A stretch of 64,000 nucleotides of DNA, taken from the NCBI GenBank assembly GCA_963799845.1, contig CAWCYI010000004.1, forward strand, positions 1,120,001 to 1,184,000. Reading direction: 5' to 3'. The notes beneath the pieces are model-generated. The model did no database searches and had not been told where the DNA came from. It saw only the letters and a program-made list of their open reading frames with translations. Source of the DNA: an uncultured Nitrososphaerota archaeon. Lineage in GTDB: Archaea > Thermoproteota > Nitrososphaeria > Nitrososphaerales > CADDZS01. Shown one piece after another: positions 1-10,214 of the stretch; within the stretch, counting starts at the first letter, position 1, and each line of letters begins with the position of its first letter. The position numbers and the translations under genes were made by a program.

Positions 1-1142
1 TGATAAAGATTGGATCCGAACGTGAGATTTTATCTTACCGGGATGTGTTCTCATGAATCTTGATCTCGACATCGGTCAAGTTCTTTCTGACAGCGAGCCA
101 ATCCTTTAGACAGACAATGGCGTCATGATCAAGGAAGATATAGAATCTTCGATTTTGCGATTTCGGGCGGACAAGATCGATCCAAACCGGCGTACGGTTC
201 TCATCCCATATCAAATAGTTGGCTGTGCCAAAGTGGGTCGCCAACTGCGAAAAGGCCAGATGATTGAAGACGTTGACCGTGGTCGAATCATCCAAGAAAC
301 CTTGCGTCTGAACCATGACAATCGCTCTCCAGAGTGGAGTCGCCTTTGAACATGTGCGGCTTTCTTAACGAGAGCGAGCATATTGATCGCTTCTTCTGCC
401 TGTCTGTCAATGTCGGGAATAGCGAGCGAACTTGAATTGGAAATTTGAGTGGAGAAGAAGGCAGCTCGCAATCGTTGTGGAGATAGAAGGATCTAATCGT
501 GTTGTAGCGTTTTTGCTTCGATGATCCGAGCAAATCCGCAGAAAGCGAATTTGTGTATGCCTTAAGAAGCGTGAATGTGTGTCGCGAGTTGTCTTCGGTT
601 TGCATCTAGGGCATTTTGAATCGGTTCTTCTGGATCTTTGACTCCGTACTTTTCCGCAAGTAGATTACAAAATCATAGAGAGTGTAAAGTGCAGCTTTCC
701 TCCCGGGCCCTGCCTTTAGTTCAGAGAGCCATCGTTGTACGGAGGGAAAACGCGTCAGCGAATCTACATCGAGTTTCTTGTTTCCCCGAAGCCAAGCGTG
801 GCGAACCGCGCCACAAACCTTCGCAAGCTCATAGAGAGTAGTTTCGCACGTTTTTCGAGAATAGCCGGTTTTTAGCGCCGCCTCGTTGATAGTCAGGGGT
901 TCAAAGGCGTTCTGGAGAGCCAGAAGGATCGCGTCGACAATGATGTGCCTTTCTTTCAGATGTTCGTTGAGCTTCTCGACAGGGGGGTCGGCGATGTACT
1001 GCCAGACTATGCTTTCCACGTTGAGAACGGATAATGCATTCCAAATAAATAATGTGTAGTGGTAGCCCGGCTCAGCATCTGGAGATAATGTTCGATTCTG
1101 CTGCGAGTTGCTCTGAAGAGATAACCTGGGATAATATAGCAA
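1..1142 (-). pseudogene. Tyrosine recombinase/integrase, disrupted and running off the window start
   Basis: Consecutive minus-strand ORFs 606-1142, 288-605 (same frame, separated by one TAG), 211-471 and 35-316 piece together an integrase-like protein: SAM-like N-domain 'PSVQRWLSELK...YTLYDFV', 'RYNTIRSFYLHND.ELP', then 'IDLVRPKSQNRRFYIFLDHDAIVCLKDWLAVR' and 'SDPIFI' at the edge. The C-terminal catalytic HxxR/Y is not in the window. Confidence 0.55.
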
Positions 1143-1146
1143 CTAA

Positions 1147-1701
1147 TCAGTCCGCATCTGGAAAACCAATTTTCTTCAGCAAAGCCCGAAACCTCGGTTC
1201 GGAACGCAAATTGTCGAATGTAAAGTCGTCATTAATTGAAATCAAGTATCCAGAATGTTCTTCGTAGGCACTCTCCAGCCATTCGAGAGCCTTATCGATC
1301 TCACCCAGATTCGCGTAGATCCCTGCGATAACGGTTGCAGCACGAGGTTCTTTACTCGTTTGCCGCATGTTAAGCAACTCTGACAGGAGATCTCGTGCCT
1401 CTTTCACCCGACCTGCCTTTACGTACGCATATGCAAGGTCGTTCTTAACTCCAAGGTTACTCCCTTTGGAAATTTCATTCGCTTTCTTGATTTCAGAAAT
1501 TCCAAGCTCGAAAACTCCTTTTCGCACATAACACAGACCTAGATTGCAGCGAGCATTAGTTGCATCTGGAGTAATCTCGAGCGCGGCGTTGAAGTATGGA
1601 ATGGCATCATCATATTTCCCTGGCTTTGCTAGCATGTCTTTCATATGAACTATGTCAAACCGATTCTTGTACAGCTTGTCTCTATTCTTCACACGCCCCA
1701 T
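1147..1701 (-). CDS. Tetratricopeptide repeat protein (C-terminal part of TolB/adenylate-cyclase-associated TPR proteins), probably a fragment
   Basis: TPR motifs and the typical tail 'IYANLGEIDKALEWLESAYEEH...FDNLRSEPRFRALLKKIG'. Confidence 0.75.
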   Translation of the reverse strand: MGRVKNRDKLYKNRFDIVHMKDMLAKPGKYDDAIPYFNAALEITPDATNARCNLGLCYVRKGVFELGISEIKKANEISKGSNLGVKNDLAYAYVKAGRVKEARDLLSELLNMRQTSKEPRAATVIAGIYANLGEIDKALEWLESAYEEHSGYLISINDDFTFDNLRSEPRFRALLKKIGFPDAD

Positions 1702-2233
1702 TCTCCAAGCTGATAATGAACGCCAAGAAGCATGTCGAACGCCCGGCCAGTCGCTAGAGCGCTACTGCTTATTCCTGTGGAGAAAGTCTGGCTTTCTAAC
1801 GGGCCCCTTGTAGTGCTCGTTTCGCGGGCAGTGCGGGCCGCACTTCTCGTTGAACGGATGGTTGTGCCCCTTCACTTCCTTCTCTTCGTTTTGTTTACGG
1901 TAGGATGCCAATCTCTGGGCAGAGATGTAGGCTAGACCCGCATCTAATAAGTGCTACCGATGGTTTGCTCTTTCAGATAGATTTCCAGAAAGCCATAAAG
2001 TACTCCCTTGATTGAAGCGCGCTTCTTCTTTACCTGCTTCCATGTTTAATCTCGCATACGCCCATCTGGCATTTGCATAGGCAGTCGATCTTGATTTCAC
2101 GAGAATCGGCACAAGGATGTAGGATAATTACGAAAGCAAATCGAGAGTGACTTATGAAGATTTGTTCCTTCTAGCTTGGATCTCTTAGGTTATTACGAAC
2201 CATCCAAGCAATCCAATGATATTGGTGGGAAGT

Positions 2234-2270
2234 GATGAATGAAGAAGATTCACGGCTTGCTCTAAGTTTG
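2234..2270 (+). repeat. Imperfect direct repeat, copy 1 (partner at 7613-7649)
   Basis: GATGAATGAAGAAGATTCACGGCTTGCTCTAAGTTTG vs GATGAATGAAGAAGATTCACCGCTCGCTCTAAATTTG: 34/37 identical. Weaker similarity continues about 30 bp upstream. Confidence 0.8.
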
Positions 2271-2493
2271 CTTCGTTTAAAGTCAAATCTGGAAAAGCAA
2301 CCTAAATAGAATCGGTAGGTCGAGCGCTCGATAACTAACGATGTAGGCTTGTTTTACGGACAGGTGGTTACAGGATTTGAATACCCCGGAGAGATCTGGA
2401 AAATGTAAGTCGCCTGATTGAATACCTATAGCATTACAGCTGGAAATCTAGCGGAATAAACTATTTTTACTAATACAATGCTTACAGCAAGGT

Positions 2494-2736
2494 ATGCCTG
2501 AAGCAGTTAATGTTCGCTGTTACAAGTGTCGGAAAAATGTAGCCGTACAACCTCCTGACGAAGATCACCTTTATCACACGTTTGACAAGAAATTCGTAGA
2601 GGGGGAAAAAGATCTCAAGATCTCCCAATTTAATCATGGCGCTTGTGGATTTAGCGGGGAGCTGTATTGGTACGATATTGGCTCGCCTCTTTTAGTTGAA
2701 CCAAATATCTACAATGACCCGACATCCAAATTTTAA
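2494..2736 (+). CDS. Small hypothetical protein, possible zinc ribbon
   Basis: CYKC near the N-terminus and HGAC near the C-terminus. Confidence 0.55.
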   Translation: MPEAVNVRCYKCRKNVAVQPPDEDHLYHTFDKKFVEGEKDLKISQFNHGACGFSGELYWYDIGSPLLVEPNIYNDPTSKF

Positions 2737-2842
2737 CAGCATCAATTTCCATCCCTGATCGCTGCTCACAACTGGAGACTTGGATTTTCGCTCAAATATC
2801 AGTCGTTACTTGAGCCATCAGTCCAATTTGAGAGAAACTCAA

Positions 2843-3196
2843 ATGACTAAGACAAAGAAAGTTTCAGGGACTGATTTTGAAAATCATGTTTACAATAGTA
2901 TTCGAAAATATTATCCATTATGGAGAGGCTGGGAAATTGATGAACAGCACTCCATGAGGAATCGTTGGCGCATTGATTTTCTCGTTTCAAAAGGGAAGCG
3001 CAGGATAGTTATTGATGCTAAAGATAAGTCGCGTCTTTCGTATTTAGACATCGACCAGATCTTAGACTATAAACGTTCTAAGCGGGCTGAAACTGCGATA
3101 ATCTATACAGCGAATGATATAGAAGTTTCAGATAGCATAAAAGAATATGCGGAGTCTAGAAATGTCTTATTACAATGGACTCAGTGGCGTGCTTAA
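2843..3196 (+). CDS. Mrr-cat-like PD-(D/E)xK restriction endonuclease domain protein
   Basis: 'GTDFENHV', 'RIDFLV', 'IVIDAKDK', 'DIDQILDY', 'AIIYTAN...AESRNVLL'. The likely start is ATG 2843. Confidence 0.75.
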   Translation: MTKTKKVSGTDFENHVYNSIRKYYPLWRGWEIDEQHSMRNRWRIDFLVSKGKRRIVIDAKDKSRLSYLDIDQILDYKRSKRAETAIIYTANDIEVSDSIKEYAESRNVLLQWTQWRA

Positions 3197-3229
3197 CTTA
3201 CAGAAACAAGAGATTAGAGACAGATTGGT

Positions 3230-4393
3230 ATGAGGAACAAAGGAAATTACGTCTTCACTTCTGAATCAGTTGCTGAAGGTCATCCTGACAAAGTTGCGGA
3301 TCAGATTTCAGATAGCATCTTGGATGCCATATTGGAAAAGGATCCAAAAGCGAGAGTTGACGCCGAAACTCTGGTGATGCAAGGAAATGTCATAGTCACG
3401 GGCCAGATAACTACCGACACATATGTATCAGTACCTGCGATTGTTAGGCAGACTCTGAAAGAAATAGGTCTTGACAATGCGAAAGATGGATTGGACTGGG
3501 AAACCTGCGGGATACTTGTTTCAATAACCGAGCAAGCTCCTGACATTGCGATGGGAGTAAACGAAACACCAATACATGAGCAGGGCGCCGGGGATCAAGG
3601 AATGGTTTTCGGCTACGCAACAAATGAAACCCAAGAATTGATGCCGCTACCGATAGTGCTTGCCCACAAGCTCGTCAGAAGGCTTGCCGAGTGCAGAAAA
3701 GATGGAATCCTGCCCTACCTGAGAGCTGATGGCAAGTCACAAGTCTCGGTCGAATACGAGGACGGGAAACCTAAGAGAGTCGCAGCGGTGGTAATTGCTG
3801 CTCAACACAGCGAGAAAGTGGAGTCAGATAAAGTAAGAAAGGATGTCATAGACATGGTAGTGAGAAAGGTCATTCCGTCCGATCTGCTTGATGAAAAGAC
3901 AAAGTATATTGTGAATGGAACCGGCAGATTCGTCACAGGTGGGACGCTTGCCGACTCAGGTCTCACGGGCCGGAAAATAATCGTTGATACGTACGGAGGA
4001 GTTGGAAGTCATGGTGGCGGATGTTTCTCGGGAAAAGATCCCTCGAAGGTCGATAGGTCGGGGGCATACATGGCAAGATACATCGCCAAGAATGTGGTGG
4101 CTGCCGGACTTGCGGATCAGTGTGAGATACAGATCTCGTATGCCATAGGTGTGGCAGAGCCCGTTTCCGTGTTGGTAGATACTCATGGCACTGGAAGGAT
4201 CTCCGATGAAGAAATCCTTGAACTCATCAAGAAGAACTTTGACATGAGACCTAAGGCTATAATAAATCATCTCAAACTACTAAGACCAATATACAGGAAG
4301 ACGGCAGCATTCGGACACTTTGGAAGAGACGACCCTGACTTTACCTGGGAAAAGACCGACATGGTTGAGACTCTTAGAAGTGCGCATGGATGA
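3230..4393 (+). CDS. metK: S-adenosylmethionine synthetase, bacterial/eukaryotic type
   Basis: '[13 protein letters not shown]', 'GAGDQG', '[16 protein letters not shown]', '[17 protein letters not shown]'. Confidence 0.97.
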   Translation: MRNKGNYVFTSESVAEGHPDKVADQISDSILDAILEKDPKARVDAETLVMQGNVIVTGQITTDTYVSVPAIVRQTLKEIGLDNAKDGLDWETCGILVSITEQAPDIAMGVNETPIHEQGAGDQGMVFGYATNETQELMPLPIVLAHKLVRRLAECRKDGILPYLRADGKSQVSVEYEDGKPKRVAAVVIAAQHSEKVESDKVRKDVIDMVVRKVIPSDLLDEKTKYIVNGTGRFVTGGTLADSGLTGRKIIVDTYGGVGSHGGGCFSGKDPSKVDRSGAYMARYIAKNVVAAGLADQCEIQISYAIGVAEPVSVLVDTHGTGRISDEEILELIKKNFDMRPKAIINHLKLLRPIYRKTAAFGHFGRDDPDFTWEKTDMVETLRSAHG

Positions 4394-4625
4394 TGAAGGC
4401 CACTCATTTAGACAAGCTTCAATAAAATAAATCGAGAAAATTGAGATTCCGCAACCTGCAAAGGGTTGTCATCATTAATGGTGCCCTAAACAAAAGTAAA
4501 AGAAAATAAATAAAAGTAATTGTAGCTGCTTAACTACGGGCAAAAATGCCTACAATCCCTGCGTATTGATCTGATCGGATTCAAATTTAGTATAAAAGAT
4601 AAGGAGTTACGCAGCTACTATCACC

Positions 4626-5360
4626 TTAGCCAGGCAAATCCTCTGTACCAATACCTTTGTAAAGATATTCCATCTTCGCTGGCGTAATATCCTGTCGCCA
4701 AACGCGTTCTTTAGTTATTTCTGAATACGTTAAATGAAGAATATTAGCAAAGACCGCTGGAATTCTTGGTTCGTAATTCCTGGCTTCTTCCCATAATTTG
4801 TATCTATTGTACAAATCCACGAACCAAATCGTATGATTTGGCCCGGTCTCATATTCATCTTCACGAATCATTTCTTCGATGAACGAGTAGACGACATTGT
4901 CACGATTACGCCTATCCGTTATCCCATCAGAATATGTAAATCCAAATTCCATCATATTTCGAAGGGCGTATAGCGATGCAAGAATCAGTCCTTTGAATTC
5001 ATCATCATTCGCTAGTAATCGTTCACTAAAGCCTTGAACTCTCCGAAAACGATTTGGATAATTTGTGGCGCAAATCTTGTCCCAGATAGAATCTGATGGA
5101 TCGTCGATTTTCGGGGCTGTGTTGCAAGCGAAGAAAAGTTTGCCTTTGTAAACCCACTGAATTGGATCAGGAATGTTTTTGATTTCTGTTGAAATAGTGC
5201 TGTTTCCAACTAGTTGTTTTAGAATCTCGACATGTTCGATTAAATGTTTAGGTTTTTCGTCTGCAATGTTTGCAATCTTTCCGCGTAATGCGTGCAGCAT
5301 GAACTTTCTTCAGTCATTGCACGTAATCCAAGACTAGTATAATTCCCGCTCGGCCCAATA
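4626..5360 (-). pseudogene. Phage/plasmid primase-helicase (D5/P4-family SF3 helicase) C-terminal fragment
   Basis: 'LRGKIANIADE' (Walker B), 'LKQLVGNSTISTEIK', 'KLFFACNTAPKIDDPSDSIW' and a C-terminal wHTH-like region. Walker A and the primase part are absent, and the upstream frame is broken near 5300. Confidence 0.8.
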
Positions 5361-5572
5361 CTTTCAGAGATGTTTGTATAGGACATTGTACAAACTTGAG
5401 ATTTAGAGAAATAACATCAGAAGTATCTACTTGTTGTCTCTAATTCATGTCGATTTTTCAAATGGGTTTTTAGCAATTAAACGACGACACTCCATGTTTC
5501 TTCCAGGTAAATTTCAACTATAGTTTTTTTCCCTTGCTGGTTTAAATAAATATACTTTCTATAGCGAATTGC

Positions 5573-6322
5573 ATGAGCCAGATTCCGACATCAACCGAAG
5601 AAACAAAATCATCATCGATTGTGGAGCTTCGACAGTATACTTTGTATCCGGGAAAGCGTGATACTTTGATTGATCTTTTCGAAGGAGATTTGCTCGATCC
5701 ACAGGAAGAAATGGGTGCAGAATTAATCGGTCAGTTTCGCGACCTCGAAAATCCAAACCGATTCGTTTGGTTGAGAGGCTTCCCTGATATGCCGACTCGC
5801 GGCAGAACTCTTGAAGAATTCTACAATGGCTTGATTTGGAAAGCGCACCGAGAAAAAGCCAATGCCACTATGGAGGACTCCGACAATGTCTTTCTTTTGC
5901 GTACAGCTTGGCCCGGATCAGGGTTCTTTCTTCGACGTCGAGTAGCTGTTGAGACCGGTCATTCGAAGACGAGTCTTGTAACCGCAACCATCTGCCATTT
6001 TGAATCAATGCCGAATGATAACTTTCTTGAATTCTTCAGGGAGTCTCTTAGACCGGTGTTAGCACGTAGCGGTGCTCCGTCTCTAGCTGCTTTTGTTAGT
6101 GAATCCAGTCCAAACAACTACCCCAGATTGCCAGTTAGAGAAGGCGAAAATGTGTTCGTATGGTTCACTCTCTTTACAAGCAGAAAGTCCTACGACGATT
6201 ATCTTCAGGCATTGATAAAAGCTACCGACTGGCCCAATCTTCAAAAGGAATTACAGAAGTTTTTGAATAGGCCCCCACAGACACTCAGGCTTTTACCGAC
6301 TCCCAGGTCGAAACTAAGTTAA
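5573..6322 (+). CDS. NIPSNAP family protein
   Basis: 'IVELRQYTLYPGKRDTLIDLFE...IGQFRDLENPNRFVWLRGFPDM...LRLLPTPRS'. Confidence 0.85.
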   Translation: MSQIPTSTEETKSSSIVELRQYTLYPGKRDTLIDLFEGDLLDPQEEMGAELIGQFRDLENPNRFVWLRGFPDMPTRGRTLEEFYNGLIWKAHREKANATMEDSDNVFLLRTAWPGSGFFLRRRVAVETGHSKTSLVTATICHFESMPNDNFLEFFRESLRPVLARSGAPSLAAFVSESSPNNYPRLPVREGENVFVWFTLFTSRKSYDDYLQALIKATDWPNLQKELQKFLNRPPQTLRLLPTPRSKLS

Positions 6323-6394
6323 TTGTTCTAAGACGCCGGTTGGACAACAAACACATATTGGGGAATGCGTGATCTATCTAATTGAAACCGCCGA

Positions 6395-6487
6395 CAAATA
6401 CAGAAGTTCCTGCAAAGACTTGTCCGAAGCAGCAAGATCAAACCCACTTCAAATGTTCTTGAAGTAGGCTGTGGGACTCGTTGCCTT
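6395..6487 (+). pseudogene. Class I SAM-methyltransferase N-terminal fragment
   Basis: Hand translation gives 'QIQKFLQRLVRSSKIKPTSNVLEVGCGTR' (motif I). It has no intact start and is cut off by the convergent gene. Confidence 0.4.
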
Positions 6488-7234
6488 TCACTTTAGCTGT
6501 TGGCGTATGAATCCCCACACCTCCAACTCGGGCGGACGATGAGGGAAAGAGTCCCTGCGTGATTCCCAGTCGTATAACTCCCTTATACAATCCAGCACCT
6601 CGTCCTCTGTTCCCAGTATCTTGAAGGACTCTGACTCGCCATATTCCGAACGGACAAAGTTCTTACCGTCGAAATAGATGGAGGTTCCACCTTCATGGTG
6701 CACCGTTCGGAAGGACATTCCATTCCGAAGCTCACTCAGAATCTTCTGCTTGAGTGCCTCAACAGGTGCCGGGTCCTCTTTCTCGCTCGCTCGTCTCGCT
6801 TCTTTGTCCACCGCTTCGTGAACCCGTTGGTCGTACAGTTCCGGGGATGAAGCTTCAGTGAGGTCTAGGGTCGGAGCAGTCTGAAGATTGTGAATCCAAT
6901 AACCGAATGCCTTGTCAGCGTAGCTAAGGAACTCGGCCTCAGTGTACCAAGTGCGTGTAACCCATGCTGTGACATGGAACGAGTACCAGTTCCCCTTTGG
7001 AAGAGCCGTCTCGAAGCGGAGTTGAACCTTGCGGCCAATGAATGGCGGATTATCAGAACCGGAATAGGTTAGCTGTGCGGTCGGTGTCGCGTCGCCCGCC
7101 AAGAGTAGACCTATAGTTTTCTCTATCTCAAACTTCACTTCAAAAGGATCACTTGAGCTCCAGAAGTATATCGAGTAGTCCTGGGTCCAATTCTCTCTCC
7201 CATTTTTGATCGGTTTCGCGGCCATGTTGTGCAT
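6488..7234 (-). CDS. Hypothetical protein
   Basis: 248-aa ORF with natural composition; no family recognised. Confidence 0.7.
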   Translation of the reverse strand: MHNMAAKPIKNGRENWTQDYSIYFWSSSDPFEVKFEIEKTIGLLLAGDATPTAQLTYSGSDNPPFIGRKVQLRFETALPKGNWYSFHVTAWVTRTWYTEAEFLSYADKAFGYWIHNLQTAPTLDLTEASSPELYDQRVHEAVDKEARRASEKEDPAPVEALKQKILSELRNGMSFRTVHHEGGTSIYFDGKNFVRSEYGESESFKILGTEDEVLDCIRELYDWESRRDSFPHRPPELEVWGFIRQQLK

Positions 7235-7612
7235 TACGTCTAATCTGAGAAACGAAATTAGCTTGAGCTTTTTCTCTCGCGTTCTTCAACGTTGCGTTTC
7301 CATTTCAATCATCGTCTCTATGTCTTCAACTTCGGATTCCTTCGGTAATCGATTGATCTGTTTGGATGCCTGTGTATCCGTCTATGTGACACAGTTCGAA
7401 GTTTTATTCATTTTACTTGGCGTCTTGGTTTACTATCTGCACATGATGCATCTATACAATAAATGCTGGAGCGGCTTCGATAATGAGGAATAAAGCTTTC
7501 CGGCATTCTGGGGCACCTAATATTCACAGAAGTATCACACCAGATTCTAATGCATGGACGCTATAACAGAACTTTCCTAGCTACCCAAGCTATCCAACAA
7601 TAGGCGGGATAC

Positions 7613-7649
7613 GATGAATGAAGAAGATTCACCGCTCGCTCTAAATTTG
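7613..7649 (+). repeat. Imperfect direct repeat, copy 2 (partner at 2234-2270)
   Basis: See copy 1. Confidence 0.8.
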
Positions 7650-7731
7650 TTCTAGACAATGCATCATACAACAAAATTAGTCAGACGAACGAGTGAATCA
7701 TTTTTATACTACTTATTCGACGTTTTCAAAC

Positions 7732-8205
7732 ATGCCAACAGTTGAAAAGACGGTCGAAATTTCAGCCCCTCTAGAATCTGTCTGGAAGATAGCCTCTGAC
7801 TCTGCAAACCTAGTGAAGCTTTATCCAGACGCAATAACGATTGAGGCAGACCCTCCCGGTTTTGCTTCGGTCGGCCAGAAGGGACACATGGTCACAAAGA
7901 TAGGCGGAAGAAAAACCGACGTGTTCTACGAATGCACGGAGATAATAGAGAACAAAAAGGCGTCGTTCACTCAGAGGCCAGGTGGGTTGTTCAGTTCGTT
8001 TCTGATAACGTCAAGCTTCGAACAGACGAAGAAAGGCAAAACGTTAGCCACTCAGAAACTTGATTACGAACTCTCCATGGGATACCTCGGAAAAGTTCTC
8101 AATAAGCTTGTGGTAGATAGGTCTATCAGGAAAAATGTTAATGCGTTTCTCGTAAATCTGAAGGAGATATCTGAACTAAAGGATGTTCCAACCAAGAAGA
8201 GTTAG
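7732..8205 (+). CDS. SRPBCC (polyketide cyclase/dehydrase) family protein
   Basis: 'MPTVEKTVEISAPLESVWKIASD...NLKEISE' fold signature. Confidence 0.85.
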   Translation: MPTVEKTVEISAPLESVWKIASDSANLVKLYPDAITIEADPPGFASVGQKGHMVTKIGGRKTDVFYECTEIIENKKASFTQRPGGLFSSFLITSSFEQTKKGKTLATQKLDYELSMGYLGKVLNKLVVDRSIRKNVNAFLVNLKEISELKDVPTKKS

Positions 8206-8234
8206 GGCATTCTCTTTAGTCCGTTTCTAAACCT

Positions 8235-8540
8235 TTATTCCTTCAACCCGATCAGACCGTGAGTGTACTTTCTGCACTTCGGGATATCCCTCAAGCTTCT
8301 TGAAATGGTCGAAAGACTACCGATGTTATCCAGTTTTTCAGACACGTCTTTTCCATCCGTTCTCAAAACGATGTGTAGAGTCTCGTGGCACAGTATCGTT
8401 ACGAATATTTCCGGTAGCAGCCGTGTGAGTCGTTTCCATTTTGTACTACCGCATATTTGAATCACTCCACTTTCATCAGCGACGACGTTTGGGACATCAA
8501 CGAACCCCCAATTAACAATCCGAACTCTGTCGCAAGACAA
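8235..8540 (-). CDS. Small HExxH-motif protein, putative zincin metalloprotease
   Basis: 'TILCHETLHIVL'. Confidence 0.5.
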   Translation of the reverse strand: MSCDRVRIVNWGFVDVPNVVADESGVIQICGSTKWKRLTRLLPEIFVTILCHETLHIVLRTDGKDVSEKLDNIGSLSTISRSLRDIPKCRKYTHGLIGLKE

Positions 8541-8792
8541 AAAGTGTGATCTTGAGCCACACCTGAGTTCATTTCATAAGGCGCTTATGAAGCCGGACTA
8601 TAGATTCGAGCTTGAGTGTCTTTGTATTCAAGGGGAATAATCTAGTTGGGTTTCATGTAAAGATATGTTGCAGGGGCTAAGTAATGTCCCATTTCCGGCC
8701 CGCATTATTCGAGCATAACATCATATTTCGGTGCAGAAAGCCTCAGGTTAACTCAAAAATTCATGCAGAGTCGGGTTAAATCGCTTGGGGGT

Positions 8793-9173
8793 TCACCACC
8801 GGAAAACATATCCGCGGCGTCTCAACTCATGATCGAGTTCGTCCTTTCGCCCTCGCACAAGTTTGGCTGCATGAAGTAAATCACTCTCCATCCAGCTCCT
8901 TAATTCTACGGGGGTCAACATCTCGTTGTAGATGGGGGCTGACATTGCTGACTTGTCCAAAAACTCGTCCAATTTTCGTCCAGTACTATCCGATCGGGTT
9001 TTTGACTCCACAAATTCTGTCAGAGCCAGGCGAAATACACTAGTTACATTACAACCCTCTTTCCGCGCTATGGAAACAAGAGCGTCAAAAATTGGCTCGT
9101 CGACCTGCCTAAAACTAACGGGGAATGTAAATGTCGGCTGTGGTGCCACGAAATAACTTCCACCTGATTTCAA
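8793..9173 (-). CDS. Ribbon-helix-helix (CopG-like) DNA-binding protein
   Basis: 'PVSFRQVDEPIFDALVSIARKEGCNVTSVFRLALTEFVE'. Confidence 0.65.
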   Translation of the reverse strand: MKSGGSYFVAPQPTFTFPVSFRQVDEPIFDALVSIARKEGCNVTSVFRLALTEFVESKTRSDSTGRKLDEFLDKSAMSAPIYNEMLTPVELRSWMESDLLHAAKLVRGRKDELDHELRRRGYVFRW

Positions 9174-9253
9174 TCAATCAACTTTTTTGCGACACATCAT
9201 GCACTGCGCACACTGACATTGGGGATGACCGCAGGAGCAGAAAACTATTCTCG

Positions 9254-9800
9254 TCAAACTTTACCCTCGTTAACACCGGAGTCAGGAAGATCCTCGAAAT
9301 CTACTTCTATGGCATGGTGCTCGCTGTACGTCGCTCGCCAGCTGGCGCCTTCCTTTCGGGCTCTTTCAATACCAGACTCTGTGATCTTCCATACGCCGAC
9401 CTCGCAGGCCTCGCCGACCGGGAACACTTGTCTTTTCATGACCAACGATTTTTTCGAAAATTTCAGTACGGTGTCGAGTGCGTTTTTTCTCGATTTTTCG
9501 TAGACTACTTCCTTGTCCTCCGTCCTTCAGCTCGCTGAACCATTTTCCGTTCCTAAGTTCGTATAACACTGATTTGGTGGACATTTTGCCATCGGGTGAA
9601 CTTGAAAGCAGGAGAAGTATCGGGATCTCAGACGAACTCCTGGCAGGCAGCCTTGCGATAACGCCCCTCTCGATAATCCTCTTTCTTTTTTTCGTGCGCA
9701 CGCGTGTGCTCACAGATACGGTTTCACTGACATTTCGAAGGTCAATCTCTTGAATTATTGAATTCCCATTCATTTTGTTAGAGTCAGGCGACACGCACAC
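9254..9800 (-). pseudogene. Mrr N-terminal winged-helix-like protein, frameshifted
   Basis: ORF 9366-9800 ('EIPILLLL...TKSVLYEL...ELKD') continues after frameshift(s) into ORF 9254-9445 ('LVMKRQV...VGVWKITESGIE'), matching the Mrr_N pattern. Confidence 0.5.
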
Positions 9801-10214
9801 CTTCGCTAACTAATAGCCGAAGCCGTCTGGGGCGACAGACCGCATTGTCTGAATTTGCAACATTGACCATGATCATGATCATTCCGTTGACCCTAGTAAC
9901 CAGCGGTGAGTCCCCACAGAATAAAGCGCACAACCCTTTTTGCACTTGTGGCGAGCTTTGATTACATATCAGATTCATAAAATCTTCGCTCTAGCTGACG
10001 AAAATACGCATCGTCAAGAGGCCTGCTGCGGAGAAGGCTTGCCGCTCTTCCACCGAGCGGAAGTAGAGTTAATCGATTCCACATGCCTGGTTCTATTTCG
10101 TTGAGGACTTCCAACATTTTATTTGAAATTAGGATGTTTTCGTTACTATAACCATAGTGGATAGAAAGATTTTGCACAAAACATAACTACTACTATCATA
10201 ATAGTAGCTCCGCA

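Noticed and set aside
603-611. In-frame TAG in the recombinase as pyrrolysine or readthrough
   Set aside because: The same gene has additional frameshifts and no pyl genes are present, so decay or error is simpler.
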